A program made the translations under genes and the position numbers. A stretch of DNA of 64,000 bases from an uncultured Gammaproteobacteria bacterium (GTDB taxonomy: Bacteria > Pseudomonadota > Gammaproteobacteria > JABCZS01). The DNA lies in NCBI GenBank assembly GCA_963848305.1, contig CAWKDC010000003.1:64001-128000 (forward strand). The letters run 5' to 3'. This document shows positions 1 to 9,893 of this stretch, piece by piece. Positions within the stretch are counted from its first letter, which is position 1; every line of letters starts with the position of its first letter. The notes under the pieces were generated by a model. The model saw only the letters and a list, made by a program, of their open reading frames with translations. It was not told where the DNA came from and searched no databases.

Positions 1-55
1 CGTCGCGACGTTGGGGCAATTGTTCTTGTAAGAGGCTGGGCGGGAGTATCTGTCC

Positions 56-1184
56 TTACAACAGTGGTATTGTTGTTAACCACTGAACCACATCTCTCAC
101 GGCGAACCCGTTTGAATAGGTTTTTTCGCGTTTTAATTCTTTCACCAATTGAATGCCAGGGCACTGAGGCAAATATTCTGCGAAATATTTGAAGGAAGGT
201 GACAAATCTTCGTCTGCCCATTTGACTTCAATTGCCAATACAGGTTTGTTGTCAATCAGGATCAAGAAGTCAATTTCCTTGCCGTCTTTTGTACGTAAAA
301 AATGCAATTGTGTTTCAGCGCCGGTTGTATCAGTGATGAAATTTAATTCTTTGTGCAAAGCGCAAGCAACTATATTTTCCAATCGTGCGCCATTGTCGTT
401 GCCCACACGTCCATTGTCATAGAAAAAATATTTGGGCTCTTTCAATAATGCGCGTGCAATATTTTTATGATAGGGTGGGACTTTGAATATAACGTATAAA
501 TTTTCTAACATCATGAGCCAGCGCTTGATGGTTTTTGGATCTCGCTCTAAATCTCGCGCCAATTGTGAGTATGAAACCGTGGTGCCTACACGTTCCTGTA
601 ATAAATGTACCAGTGTTTCAATCGATTGAATATCCCGAACGGCATATTCACTCATTAAGTCTTGCCGCAAAATAATGTCTAAATGGGTTCGTCGCCAGCG
701 CTTATAATATGACTCATCTCCCTTGAGAAAAGGCTCGGGAAATCCGCCTATCGTTAGTAATGTATTGAATGCTTCATGCGGGTCTTTTTGCCATTCATTG
801 ACGGCTTCTTTCAGATCTAATGGGTGTAGGCGAAATTGAAAATAACGCCCGGCAAGAGAGTCTCCCATTTTGCGGTAGGTGTTTAGTTTTGAGCTGCCTG
901 TGACCAGTAATGCGGGTGGAATACCTTCTTTATCATACACTCCCTTTAACCATCGTTTCCAGTGCTTCATTTTGTGCAGCTCGTCAAAAATGATTAAATC
1001 TTTGGCTCTGTCCCAATCCATGTTCTTGAGTGCAATGCGGTCTGGTGCTGCGTCGTAATTAAAGTAATCGAAATGTGGATAAAGCTGTTTCGAGAGGGTT
1101 GTTTTGCCGCATTGGCGAGGGCCAGATCATGACAATTTTCTCAGGTAAGTCTTTGATAATGTAAGGCGCAAGGCTACGTTTCAT
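56..1184 (-). pseudogene. AAA+ ATPase (AAA_14 + DUF4143-type C-terminal nuclease-like domain), frameshifted near 1124
   Basis: ORF 56-1021 has Walker B IIFDELHK, LLVTGSS, GGFPE and a C-terminal EIDF..AIEVK motif. Upstream in frame is Walker A GPRQCGKTT. The natural N-terminus (ATG at 1184, MKRSLAPYIIKDLPEKIVMI) is in another frame; the junction ATC-T-GGC suggests a 2-nt loss. Confidence 0.8.
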
Positions 1185-1185
1185 T

Positions 1186-1249
1186 TGACTATTATGGCAT
1201 CTATTCCCGAAAAGTCAAGACTTTTCAGGAACGAGTGCCCGAATAGTCA
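1186..1249. promoter_or_regulatory. ~31-bp-arm imperfect inverted repeat immediately upstream of the AAA ATPase start (operator-like)
   Basis: Left arm tgactattatggcatctattcccgaaaagtc; right arm reverse-complemented tgactattcgggcactcgttcctgaaaagtc; 2-nt loop. Confidence 0.6.
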
Positions 1250-1392
1250 GGGTTGAGTGTAAATTCCTTGTTATCAATTAAAACTCGTGCTACCCCTAGA
1301 CTAGATGAAAACTGGTTTGTATAAGGGGTATATGCAATCCATTGGAAGGCGCGAAAATGAGTCGCAAAGCAGCTGAGCGGCTAGGAGTTCAT

Positions 1393-1995
1393 CTACGATA
1401 ACGACATCAGTAAATACCGCTCATGCAGCGCCCGAATCGCTGCTTCAACACTCGCTTTATCGCCATTGTTTTCAATCACATCATGTGCGAGCGCGATGCG
1501 CTCATGGGCGGGGGCTTGATGGGCGATGATCTTCTCAGCCGCTTCATGCGTCATGTGGTCGCGTGCCATGGTGCGTGAGATTTGCAGTTCATGGGATGCT
1601 TCAATCACACACACGCGGTTTAAAAAAGGGTATTCATGACGATTGGCTTGTGAGAGCAGCGGGATCACCATGATGACATAAGGCCCAGAACTGGCATCCA
1701 GCATCGCTTTGGCCTGTGTGCGGATCAGGGGGTGAATGTGGCTTTCGAGCCATTTTTTGTCATTCGGGTGGTTAAAAATATGATGCCGCAACGCTTTGCG
1801 ATTGATGTGTTGATCATCATTTAATATACTGTCACCAAAATGTTTAACGACAGCAGGATAGAGCGCCCCGTCAGGCATGAGCAGCTGGCGTGCAATCACA
1901 TCTGTGTCGATGATATCCGCCCCAAGTGCGGCGAAGAGGTCTGACGCCAGGGTTTTGCCTGCACCTATCCCACCCGTTAAACCGACACAAAACAT
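1393..1995 (-). CDS. coaE: dephospho-CoA kinase
   Basis: VGLTGGIGAGKT P-loop, IIDTDVIAR, LESHIHPLIR; follows pilD as is typical. Confidence 0.95.
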   Translation of the reverse strand: MFCVGLTGGIGAGKTLASDLFAALGADIIDTDVIARQLLMPDGALYPAVVKHFGDSILNDDQHINRKALRHHIFNHPNDKKWLESHIHPLIRTQAKAMLDASSGPYVIMVIPLLSQANRHEYPFLNRVCVIEASHELQISRTMARDHMTHEAAEKIIAHQAPAHERIALAHDVIENNGDKASVEAAIRALHERYLLMSLS

Positions 1996-1996
1996 G

Positions 1997-2950
1997 TTAA
2001 TGGATCCAATTTAAATAAAGCTGCATGATAGGTTCACCAAACAAGAAGGAAATCCAGGCGCCAATGGCAATGAAGGGGCCGAATGGCATGGGTTGGTTTC
2101 TGTCGTGCCAGCGCGACAGTATCGATACGATACCATAAACGCTACCCACAAACGAAGAAATCAGTACCACGACAGGCAACATTTTGAAGCCCAGCCAGGC
2201 GCCCACACAAGCCATCAGTTTAAAATCACCATAACCCATGCCTTCTTTTTTCGTGAGCAGTTTGAATGCCCAATACAGCAACCACAGTGTCATGTAGCCA
2301 GAAATAGCGCCAATAATGGCTTCTGAGGGAGAAACGAATACATGGTGCGTGCTGACCAACAGACCAACCCACAGGCCCAGCAAGGTGAGATCATCGGGCA
2401 GCATTTGTTCATCAATGTCGATGAAAGCGGCGGCGATCAGTATCCAAGTGAAAATCAGTCCGGGGATAAGCTGGGGTCCCGCACCCGCGTGTATGGCGAC
2501 AATCACGGACGTGACAGCCGTGAGCACTTCAATGCTGAGATACCTTAATGGAATAGCTGATTTGCAAAAATGGCAACGACCCTGTAACAGTAGGTAGCTG
2601 AGGATGGGAATGTTTTGCCAAAACGAAAGGCGGTGTTTACATTCACGGCAGTGAGACGAGGGCCACATCAAGTTGAATGTCGAGTTAGGGGTCACGGTTT
2701 GTCGCGTTGAAATGTGGATATCAATGTCTTGCCCTGTCATTTCGCAATGAATCCTGTCTGTTTGGAATTTTTCATTGAGGGATGTCAGAAATTCGGCGCA
2801 TTGGCTTGTCCACTCGCGCTCCAACATGATGGGCATGCGATAAATCACCACATTGAGGAAGCTGCCTATCAGCGCGCCTAAGATCCCCATGGTGATGTAT
2901 AGGCACAGCGGTGTTGCCAAGAAAGCCATCAATGCGTCTAATATTGTCAT
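1997..2950 (-). CDS. pilD: type IV prepilin peptidase/N-methyltransferase
   Basis: GSFLNVVIYRMP, two CxxC pairs, FIDIDEQMLPD, EGMGYGDFKL, PFGPF. Confidence 0.95.
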   Translation of the reverse strand: MTILDALMAFLATPLCLYITMGILGALIGSFLNVVIYRMPIMLEREWTSQCAEFLTSLNEKFQTDRIHCEMTGQDIDIHISTRQTVTPNSTFNLMWPSSHCRECKHRLSFWQNIPILSYLLLQGRCHFCKSAIPLRYLSIEVLTAVTSVIVAIHAGAGPQLIPGLIFTWILIAAAFIDIDEQMLPDDLTLLGLWVGLLVSTHHVFVSPSEAIIGAISGYMTLWLLYWAFKLLTKKEGMGYGDFKLMACVGAWLGFKMLPVVVLISSFVGSVYGIVSILSRWHDRNQPMPFGPFIAIGAWISFLFGEPIMQLYLNWIH

Positions 2951-2974
2951 TATTCCCCCAGGACTACATTTTAT

Positions 2975-4000
2975 TTAGCCCACAACATAACCCAGCTGTA
3001 TTAATGGATAGTATAGTAGTAAAACCCATGCGCCGATGAAGAGCCCCATGCCCAGCAGTATCAACGGTTGCCATTCTTGTTTAAAACGCTTCAAGCGATC
3101 CTCGAGTTGTGCGTGATAGTAGTGATAACACTTCAAATACGCAATATCCAAGGTGCCCGTGTGTTCTGCTATGTTAAGCATATCGCACAAATATGCATCA
3201 TGCCAGTTGACTATTCGGTACGCCTCTGTCAACGCTGTGCCTTGTGAAATGGCTTCCATCAAACGTCCCATGATCTGTTGGTGCACCGAAAAACGAGAAT
3301 GCTGGATGACCATGTTCAACGCGTCGCAGAGAGGAACGCCCCCATTCAACAGCGTGCCCAGGTGTGCGCATTCATGGGCATGACAGAGAAACTTCATGGC
3401 AGGCATTCGGAATAAGCAAGATTGCACATGATGTTTCATCGTGGGGAAAAGCCGCCAGCCCATGGTGATCACAAAGGCAAATAAGATCATGCCCAATAAG
3501 CATGGTATGCCCCAGGTGATTAATACCAAATGGGTTGACCACATCCATTGTAAGGTGGTTGGAATGGGCGCATGGAAGGTTTCATAAAGTGCGTAAAACT
3601 GTGGAACAATCACGCCAATCAGTAATGCACTGCCTGTGATCAGCACCAGCCCCAGCAGCACAGGATAAAACGCCAGGGAGCGACACTGCGTTTGGAATTG
3701 CAGGGTTTGGGTCAACCATTCAATGCACTGTGAGAGCCCCTGTTCCAGTGCGCCCGATTTTTCGCCACAGATCACAAAGGCTTGAAAAAGAGAGGATTGA
3801 GGGCTGATGGCGAGTGCTGCGGACAAAGGCTGACCTTGTGTGATGCAGTGCAGGCAATGGTAGAGGAAGGCATGCAGGGGTTTCAGTCGACGCTGTTTTA
3901 GCAATAATTGCAGGGCAGGTTGCAACGAGATACCGTGTCGGAGCAGCCATGCCAGTTCAGTGAAGACATCGAGCCAAAGTTGCAAAGGGAATTTTTTCAT
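2975..4000 (-). CDS. pilC: type II secretion F-family/PilC platform protein (short, divergent)
   Basis: GEKSGAL, YP followed by a TM helix, LLNGGVPL, AEHTGTL; lies between pilB and pilD. Confidence 0.8.
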   Translation of the reverse strand: MKKFPLQLWLDVFTELAWLLRHGISLQPALQLLLKQRRLKPLHAFLYHCLHCITQGQPLSAALAISPQSSLFQAFVICGEKSGALEQGLSQCIEWLTQTLQFQTQCRSLAFYPVLLGLVLITGSALLIGVIVPQFYALYETFHAPIPTTLQWMWSTHLVLITWGIPCLLGMILFAFVITMGWRLFPTMKHHVQSCLFRMPAMKFLCHAHECAHLGTLLNGGVPLCDALNMVIQHSRFSVHQQIMGRLMEAISQGTALTEAYRIVNWHDAYLCDMLNIAEHTGTLDIAYLKCYHYYHAQLEDRLKRFKQEWQPLILLGMGLFIGAWVLLLYYPLIQLGYVVG

Positions 4001-4971
4001 AATACACGTTCCACTTCCGCTTGGTTGGTCAGGCCTGCCTGGATGTGTAGATCCCCAGCATCACGCAACGTCAACCCTGCTGTAAACGTTTGTGCAGGCG
4101 TGAGCATTTCAAATAGGCCGATCCGTCCCCTGAATTGATCATCTGCCTGACGCCGTCGCACGAGACGTTGCGAGACTACCAAACTCAAGCTGTCAGCCAG
4201 GTTATAAGCAGGGATATGCATGTTTTCCAAGCGTTTGATCGCGGCAAGTGCGTTAGGGGTGTGGAGGGTTGTCAAGACCAAATGGCCCGTGAGGGCTGCG
4301 CGAATGGCGATATCGGCTGTGTCAAAGTCACGCATTTCACCGATCAAGATCACGTCGGGATCTTGGCGTAAGACCGCGCGCAACGCACTGGCAAATGTCA
4401 GCCCCTGTTTTTCTTGAATGGCAATTTGTGTCGTGCCTTCCAGGGGAATTTCGACAGGATCTTCTAATGTAGTGATTTGAAGGGGCTGTGTTTTCAGCCA
4501 TTCCAAACACGCATAGAGCGTCATCGTTTTCCCGCTGCCTGTCGGGCCTGTGACGATGATCAGCCCTGAGCGTTGCTTCAAGGTGTGCATCAAAGTGTCG
4601 TATTGGGCGGAATGCATGCCGAGCTCATGGAGCTGAAGCAGCCGCTGACTTTCGGGCAATAATCGAATGACCAGTTTTTCGCCGAAGACAGTCGGGCAGC
4701 TGTGTAGCCGAAAATGAAAATGTGCAGTGGTTTCAAAACTGAAACGCCCATCTTGTGGACGCAGGGATTGGGCAATATCCAGTTGGGCCAAGGTTTTCAG
4801 GCGCACCAGCCATTGGGCATACACGGATTTGGGGAGCATCTCAACGTGTTGCATCAAGCCATCCACACGAAAACGGATGGAGGTTGCCGATGCATTGGGT
4901 TCGAAATGAATATCTGATGCGCCTTGACGGAGGGAAAGATGAATGAGTTGCGTTAAAGGATCTTGCTGCAT
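3997..4971 (-). CDS. pilB: GspE/PilB-family assembly ATPase (minimal form)
   Basis: ASDIHFEP, RFRVDG, PQDGR, GPTGSGKT, TLEDPVE, LRQDPDVILIGEMRD, TGHLVLTTLH. Confidence 0.85.
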   Translation of the reverse strand: MQQDPLTQLIHLSLRQGASDIHFEPNASATSIRFRVDGLMQHVEMLPKSVYAQWLVRLKTLAQLDIAQSLRPQDGRFSFETTAHFHFRLHSCPTVFGEKLVIRLLPESQRLLQLHELGMHSAQYDTLMHTLKQRSGLIIVTGPTGSGKTMTLYACLEWLKTQPLQITTLEDPVEIPLEGTTQIAIQEKQGLTFASALRAVLRQDPDVILIGEMRDFDTADIAIRAALTGHLVLTTLHTPNALAAIKRLENMHIPAYNLADSLSLVVSQRLVRRRQADDQFRGRIGLFEMLTPAQTFTAGLTLRDAGDLHIQAGLTNQAEVERVL

Positions 4972-5035
4972 TTTTTAACCTTATTCTTATTATTTTCGGG
5001 TAAGATATAGTAGATTCTATCTTTTGGCAATAGCG

Positions 5036-5857
5036 ATGGCAACTTTTTATCAAAGATCTTTCCTCAAATGGCCTGGCGGCAAGTTCAGACTGTTGGATCG
5101 TATTTTATCGCATGTGAAAAAGGGCCTGCATGTTTGGTACGAGCCTTTTGTCGGTTCAGGTTCAGTTTTTTTGAACATTGAAGCAGAGCATTATGTGTTG
5201 GCTGATGCAAATCCTCATCTCATTCAACTGTTTCAAATATTGCAATCAGAAGGGCGGACATTTATTCAAGAGGTTAAGCAATATTTTGAACCCAAATGGA
5301 ATGTGTCAGAACAATATTATGGTTTGCGTGAACGCTTTAATCACAGTGAATGTCCGCATGAACGGGCTGCGCTTTTTATTTATTTAAATCGCCACGGGTT
5401 CAATGGGTTGTGTCGATATAATCAACAGGGCATTTTCAATGTGCCTTTTGGGTTGTATGCAGAACCCTATTTTCCTGAAACAGAAATGTTAGTCTTTCAT
5501 CAGAGGTCACAGCGCGCAACATTTTTGTGCCAAGATTTTAAACAATTTTTTGAAAGTATTCCTTCACACGAAAACAGCATGCTTTATGCGGATCCGCCTT
5601 ATGTCCCCTTATCCAACAGCGCAGATTTTACGCAGTATGCGAGGCAAGGTTTTGGTGCGCAAGATCACCTGGATTTGGCCCGCCTGACCAAACAGCAAGC
5701 GTCTCAAGGCATGCGTGTGTTGATATCCAACCACGATACCGAATTGGTTAGGGAGATGTATGCAGGTGCTGCCTTTGAAACCTTTCCCGTGATGCGTTCG
5801 ATTTCAGCGCTGAATAAGGGCAGGCGAGATGTGGATGAGGTTTTGGCATTGCTTTGA
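5036..5857 (+). CDS. dam: Dam-family DNA adenine methyltransferase
   Basis: FLKWPGGK, EPFVGSGSVF, YLNRHGFNGLCRYN, DPPY catalytic motif. Confidence 0.93.
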   Translation: MATFYQRSFLKWPGGKFRLLDRILSHVKKGLHVWYEPFVGSGSVFLNIEAEHYVLADANPHLIQLFQILQSEGRTFIQEVKQYFEPKWNVSEQYYGLRERFNHSECPHERAALFIYLNRHGFNGLCRYNQQGIFNVPFGLYAEPYFPETEMLVFHQRSQRATFLCQDFKQFFESIPSHENSMLYADPPYVPLSNSADFTQYARQGFGAQDHLDLARLTKQQASQGMRVLISNHDTELVREMYAGAAFETFPVMRSISALNKGRRDVDEVLALL

Positions 5858-5867
5858 TGCGCGCAGC

Positions 5868-5925
5868 CCGGCTTTCGCCGGGAACTCCGCTGGGGGTTGT
5901 TAGGTCATATCGAAACAACCCCCGC
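5868..5925. terminator. hairpins between convergent dam and OMP genes (cccggc-tttc-gccggg; gggggttgtt...aacaaccccc)
   Basis: Two inverted repeats in a short convergent intergenic gap. Confidence 0.45.
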
Positions 5926-5931
5926 CATTCC

Positions 5932-6801
5932 TTAGAACTTGTAATTTACCGCAGCACGGATCATCACCCCATCAAACGTATGGCTTGCTGTGGTGAAGAG
6001 CCCTTCTGCAGCTGAAGCAGCATCTTGAGCGGCGACATCATAAGTCACATCACCCAGGTTGTAGTAGATCCCTTCGATGCGCCCGCTAAAGCCCATGTCA
6101 AAGAGGTACTCAAAACCACCGCCTGCCGACCAGCCAATACGGGTTTCAGATGTTGAACCAGAGAAGGTGTCCACAGTAGAGCCATCGGTACCTTGCAAGA
6201 ACGTTGAAGATTCCGTGCTACCAAATGCGAATCCACCTGTGAGATAGGGGAGAAAGCGATCAAACGCATAGCCTAAGCGGAACCGTTCTGTGCTGACCCA
6301 ATACACATTTGACTTCGTATGGCCGGCACTCTCATAGCCGCCAGGCACAAACGTCGTACCGGAGAATGAGGCTTTGCTGTTTTCAGCAAACCATTGAATA
6401 TCTGCCTCAAGGCCAACGACATATTCATGGTGTTGCCAGTTGAAACCGAGTTGGCCACCACCCATAAAGACGTATTCGCCTTCTTCCCCGAGTTCCTTTA
6501 CCAAAATATTTTGTGCCATGGCACTGGCTACAGCATTCAAGCCATCCACATTAAATGGACCGGGGGTGCCACCACCGAGCGGGTTATCTGCGGCATTACC
6601 AAAAGCATCACTGAAGTTATTGGTACCATTCCCAGGAAGGTAGGAATAATCATAGTCGGTTTCATTGTTATTACCTGATGCACCCAAATTGCCCCCAATG
6701 TACACGCCAGTCCAAGTGGGGCTGGGTTTTTTGGGTTCATGGTTGAACGCAGAGGCTAACAATGGAGCCAAACATAATACTGAAATGAGGATTTTATTCA
6801 T
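5932..6801 (-). CDS. outer-membrane beta-barrel protein, Omp25/Omp31/RopB-like
   Basis: Signal peptide, WTGVYIGGNLG, GGGQLGFNWQ, VVGLEAD, RLGYAFDRFLPYLTGG, GWSAGGGFEY, C-terminal NYKF. Confidence 0.8.
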   Translation of the reverse strand: MNKILISVLCLAPLLASAFNHEPKKPSPTWTGVYIGGNLGASGNNNETDYDYSYLPGNGTNNFSDAFGNAADNPLGGGTPGPFNVDGLNAVASAMAQNILVKELGEEGEYVFMGGGQLGFNWQHHEYVVGLEADIQWFAENSKASFSGTTFVPGGYESAGHTKSNVYWVSTERFRLGYAFDRFLPYLTGGFAFGSTESSTFLQGTDGSTVDTFSGSTSETRIGWSAGGGFEYLFDMGFSGRIEGIYYNLGDVTYDVAAQDAASAAEGLFTTASHTFDGVMIRAAVNYKF

Positions 6802-6883
6802 GGTGTAATCTCCTGCCAGAGGTTGTGGTTGATTTTTTTAAGTGTAGTTCATATTTCGCCAAAATCTGGTACACTGTCCAAAC

Positions 6884-7000
6884 GGCGGTAGTCCTTTTTC
6901 GTCCCCTCGCAGCGATAGCTTGCAAACCCCGTCAGGCCCGGAAGGGAGCAGCGGTAGTGAGTGATTCGGGTGCCGAGGTGTGGCGGAAGAGGGCTTCCCC
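6884..7000 (+). ncRNA. ffs: signal recognition particle RNA (4.5S)
   Basis: Conserved helix-8 core GTCAGGCCCGGAAGGGAGCAGC, complementary 5'/3' ends, and the typical location upstream of dnaX. Confidence 0.92.
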
Positions 7001-7127
7001 TATACGGAGGATCGATGACGGAATATAGGCGACATTTGTTCTGTCTCCTGGGTTTCGGTCGCAAAATGGCCTCAATCATAGACCCATTCGGTGAGTAGTG
7101 ACGGATAATGTCAAGGATGAAGCGCTC

Positions 7128-8789
7128 ATGACTGCTCATGTACTTGCGCGCCAATGGCGCCCCAAAACATTCGATACTGTCGTTGGGCAAGCCCCCGTGC
7201 TGCAAGCCCTTCAACATGCCCTCGATACCAAAAGACTTCACCATGCCTATTTATTCACAGGCACGCGCGGCGTGGGCAAAACCACCCTAGCCCGGCTGTT
7301 TGCGAAAGCGGTGAATTGTGAAAAGGGTATCACATCCACACCCTGTGGGGCTTGCAGCGCCTGTTTGGCGATTGATGCTGGTCGTTTCGTGGACTTGATT
7401 GAAGTCGACGCTGCCTCGAGAACCAAAGTAGAAGATACCCGCGATTTGCTCGATAACGTCCAATATGCGCCCACTCAGGGCCGTTACAAGATTTATTTGA
7501 TCGACGAAGTCCATATGTTGTCGGGGCACAGTTTCAATGCCTTGCTCAAAACACTTGAAGAACCACCTGCGCATGTACTTTTTTTATTGGCGACAACCGA
7601 CCCGCAAAAACTGCCCATCACCGTTTTGTCACGCTGTTTACAGCTTCACCTGAAACACGTGAGCGAAGGTGATATCGCGGCGCATTTAACCCATATCCTG
7701 CAAAGCGAGTCCATGCCGTTTGAGCCCGAAGCACTCAACCTGATTGCTGCCGCAGGGCAAGGCAGTGTGCGTGATGCCTTGAGTCTGTTGGATCAAGCGA
7801 TTGCTTATAGCGGTGGCCGAGTAACGGCACTGGCTGTGCGTGAGATGCTGGGTGCCTTGAACCCACAAACCTTGCCACATTTGTTGGCGGCATTGGCTGC
7901 GCGCGATGGTGCCGCGATATTGGCTGCTGTCGAAGCAGTGGCGCAAGAAAGCGGGGATTTTGCTCAAGCTTTGCGCCTTTTGATGCATGGGTTGCATGAT
8001 TTGGCCTTGTGGCAAACGATAGGGGAGGATGCCCTGGCGAGCATCACACGCTTTGAAGTGATTCAACCTTGGCGAGAGGCATTTTCGCCGGAAGATCTCC
8101 AGCTGTATTATCAAATGGCTTTGCAGGGTGTGCGTGATTTGCCCTTTGCTGCCAACGCACGAGTGGGTTTCCAAATGACGTTGTTGCGGATGTTGGCTTT
8201 CACGCCATTAACAGTGGATACCCCGCCCCGTTCAGCATCTGCTCCTGTGGCAGCACCTGTTCGCGTTTCAGCCCCAACCACGCCGGCTCTTGCGAAAGAG
8301 GACGATCTCCCCTGGGCAACGGAAGAGGAGCCTGTGACTGAATCCTTCAACACTGTGAAAATGGAACCACCGCCGACGGCACTGAGCCTGCCTGTCACGG
8401 AGACTCCCATATCCTGGGATGTCTTATTATCCGCCCTGAAGTTAACAGGAATGGCTGCTACATTGGCCTCTCACTGCGTGTTGGTTGATTTTCAGGATCA
8501 ACGGATGCGATGCGCGCTGTCGAAATTCCATGCACCCCTCTATAATAAAGTGGTGGCGGCACGGATTGAGCAGGCTATCAGCGATCACTTAAAGCAGAAA
8601 ATTCGCCTTGAGATCGAAATCACTGATGTTCAGATCGCAACACCAGCGGAGCATCAGGCGGAGGCTCGTAACGCTGCTTGGGCGAAAGCCAAGGAAACGC
8701 TAGAGGCTGACCCTATCGTGGCGGGGCTTCGGAGTGATTTAGGGGCAAAAATTGATGAGTCATCAATTTTACCGGTCAACCTCTCTTGA
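7128..8789 (+). CDS. dnaX: DNA polymerase III subunit gamma/tau
   Basis: LARQWRPKTF, HHAYLFTGTRGVGKTT, IEVDAASRT, IDEVHMLS, SRC. ATG 7128 has AAGGA upstream. Confidence 0.97.
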   Translation: MTAHVLARQWRPKTFDTVVGQAPVLQALQHALDTKRLHHAYLFTGTRGVGKTTLARLFAKAVNCEKGITSTPCGACSACLAIDAGRFVDLIEVDAASRTKVEDTRDLLDNVQYAPTQGRYKIYLIDEVHMLSGHSFNALLKTLEEPPAHVLFLLATTDPQKLPITVLSRCLQLHLKHVSEGDIAAHLTHILQSESMPFEPEALNLIAAAGQGSVRDALSLLDQAIAYSGGRVTALAVREMLGALNPQTLPHLLAALAARDGAAILAAVEAVAQESGDFAQALRLLMHGLHDLALWQTIGEDALASITRFEVIQPWREAFSPEDLQLYYQMALQGVRDLPFAANARVGFQMTLLRMLAFTPLTVDTPPRSASAPVAAPVRVSAPTTPALAKEDDLPWATEEEPVTESFNTVKMEPPPTALSLPVTETPISWDVLLSALKLTGMAATLASHCVLVDFQDQRMRCALSKFHAPLYNKVVAARIEQAISDHLKQKIRLEIEITDVQIATPAEHQAEARNAAWAKAKETLEADPIVAGLRSDLGAKIDESSILPVNLS

Positions 8790-8849
8790 CGGGGGAGGTA
8801 TGATACGATACCCTTTGTCCAATAACTAACAGTTCTTGAGGAGATAGAT

Positions 8850-9206
8850 ATGGCCGGTCCAGATTTCAGCAAAATCATGCAACAAGCACAGAAAGTGCAA
8901 AAGAATATTCAAGAAGCGCAAGCAAAGATCACGCAGCTCCTCGTGGGTGGGCAATCTGGTGGTGGCTTGGTAAAAATCACCATGACAGGCGCTCACATTG
9001 TTAAAACAGTGAATATCGACGACTCTGTCTTTGGTGAAGACAAAGAAACACTGGAAGATTTGATTGCTGCTGCCTTCAACGATGCGGCACGCAAGATTGA
9101 ATCCAAATCACGTGAACAAATGATGTCCTTGATGAAGGGTGTTGAACTGCCTGAAGGCATGGACAATCCATTCACAGGTGAAAAAGGGTTGGGCGAAGAC
9201 AAATAA
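8850..9206 (+). CDS. ybaB: YbaB/EbfC nucleoid-associated protein
   Basis: MQQAQKVQ, GQSGGGLVKITMTG, LEDLIAAAFNDA; between dnaX and recR. Confidence 0.93.
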   Translation: MAGPDFSKIMQQAQKVQKNIQEAQAKITQLLVGGQSGGGLVKITMTGAHIVKTVNIDDSVFGEDKETLEDLIAAAFNDAARKIESKSREQMMSLMKGVELPEGMDNPFTGEKGLGEDK

Positions 9207-9805
9207 TGGCCCTCACACCCCTTGTTCAACAACTCATGCAATCCTTGCGTTGTTTGCCAGGGGTTGGCCCGAAAACCGCGAGCCGCATGGCGATTTATCT
9301 GTTGCAGCATGACAGATTGGGCGCCAAGCGGCTGATCGCATCACTCGATGCCGCTTTAGATCGTGTGGGTTATTGCGAATCTTGTCGCATGTTATCAGAG
9401 ACCCCGCGCTGTCCCATTTGTGAAAATGTCAATCGTGATCCCAGTTTATTGTGCGTGGTGGAAAGCCCCGCCGATGTCATGGCGATCGAAATCAGTCAAA
9501 AATTCAAAGGCCGTTATTTTGTATTGATGGGGCATTTATCCCCTTTGGATAACATGGGTCCTGAAGACATTGGGGCGGACATGTTGGAAAAACGGTTTCA
9601 GCTCAATGAAATTCGTGAAGTGATTTTTGCCACGAATCCGACTGTCGAAGGGGAAGCAACGGCGCATTACTTGGCGGAGCTCGCTAGACTGTATCAAATC
9701 AAAACCTCTCGCATTGCACTGGGTGTTCCCATGGGGATGGACTTGGAATACGCCGATCCTGGCACCTTGGCGCACGCGTTAATGGGCCGCACGGTTTATG
9801 AGTAG
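9206..9805 (+). CDS. recR: recombination mediator RecR
   Basis: LPGVGPKTA, C4 zinc finger, ATNPTVEGEATA TOPRIM motif. Confidence 0.97.
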   Translation: MALTPLVQQLMQSLRCLPGVGPKTASRMAIYLLQHDRLGAKRLIASLDAALDRVGYCESCRMLSETPRCPICENVNRDPSLLCVVESPADVMAIEISQKFKGRYFVLMGHLSPLDNMGPEDIGADMLEKRFQLNEIREVIFATNPTVEGEATAHYLAELARLYQIKTSRIALGVPMGMDLEYADPGTLAHALMGRTVYE

Positions 9806-9839
9806 GGGTGCGGGCAGACGATAAAAACGCGCAATGATT

Positions 9840-9867
9840 GTAGGGGCGCAGCATGCTGCTCCCCTAC
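9840..9867. repeat. GTAG-type REP-like palindrome
   Basis: GTAGGGGCGCAGCATGCTGCTCCCCTAC between convergent recR and ffh. Confidence 0.65.
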
Positions 9868-9893
9868 ACCAAGATTATATTATGTAACTTAGT

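Noticed and set aside
1330-1401. Tiny HTH-like peptide MSRKAAERLGVH on the plus strand
   Set aside because: Too short to support; at most a gene remnant.
5036-5857. dam as part of a restriction-modification system
   Set aside because: No adjacent endonuclease; it looks like an orphan Dam.
6825-7244. ORFs 6825-7028 (+) and 6849-7244 (-)
   Set aside because: They overlap the SRP RNA and the dnaX start; shadow ORFs.
8200-8500. Programmed -1 frameshift in dnaX producing the gamma subunit
   Set aside because: No A-AAA-AAG slippery site or long A run seen in the linker region.
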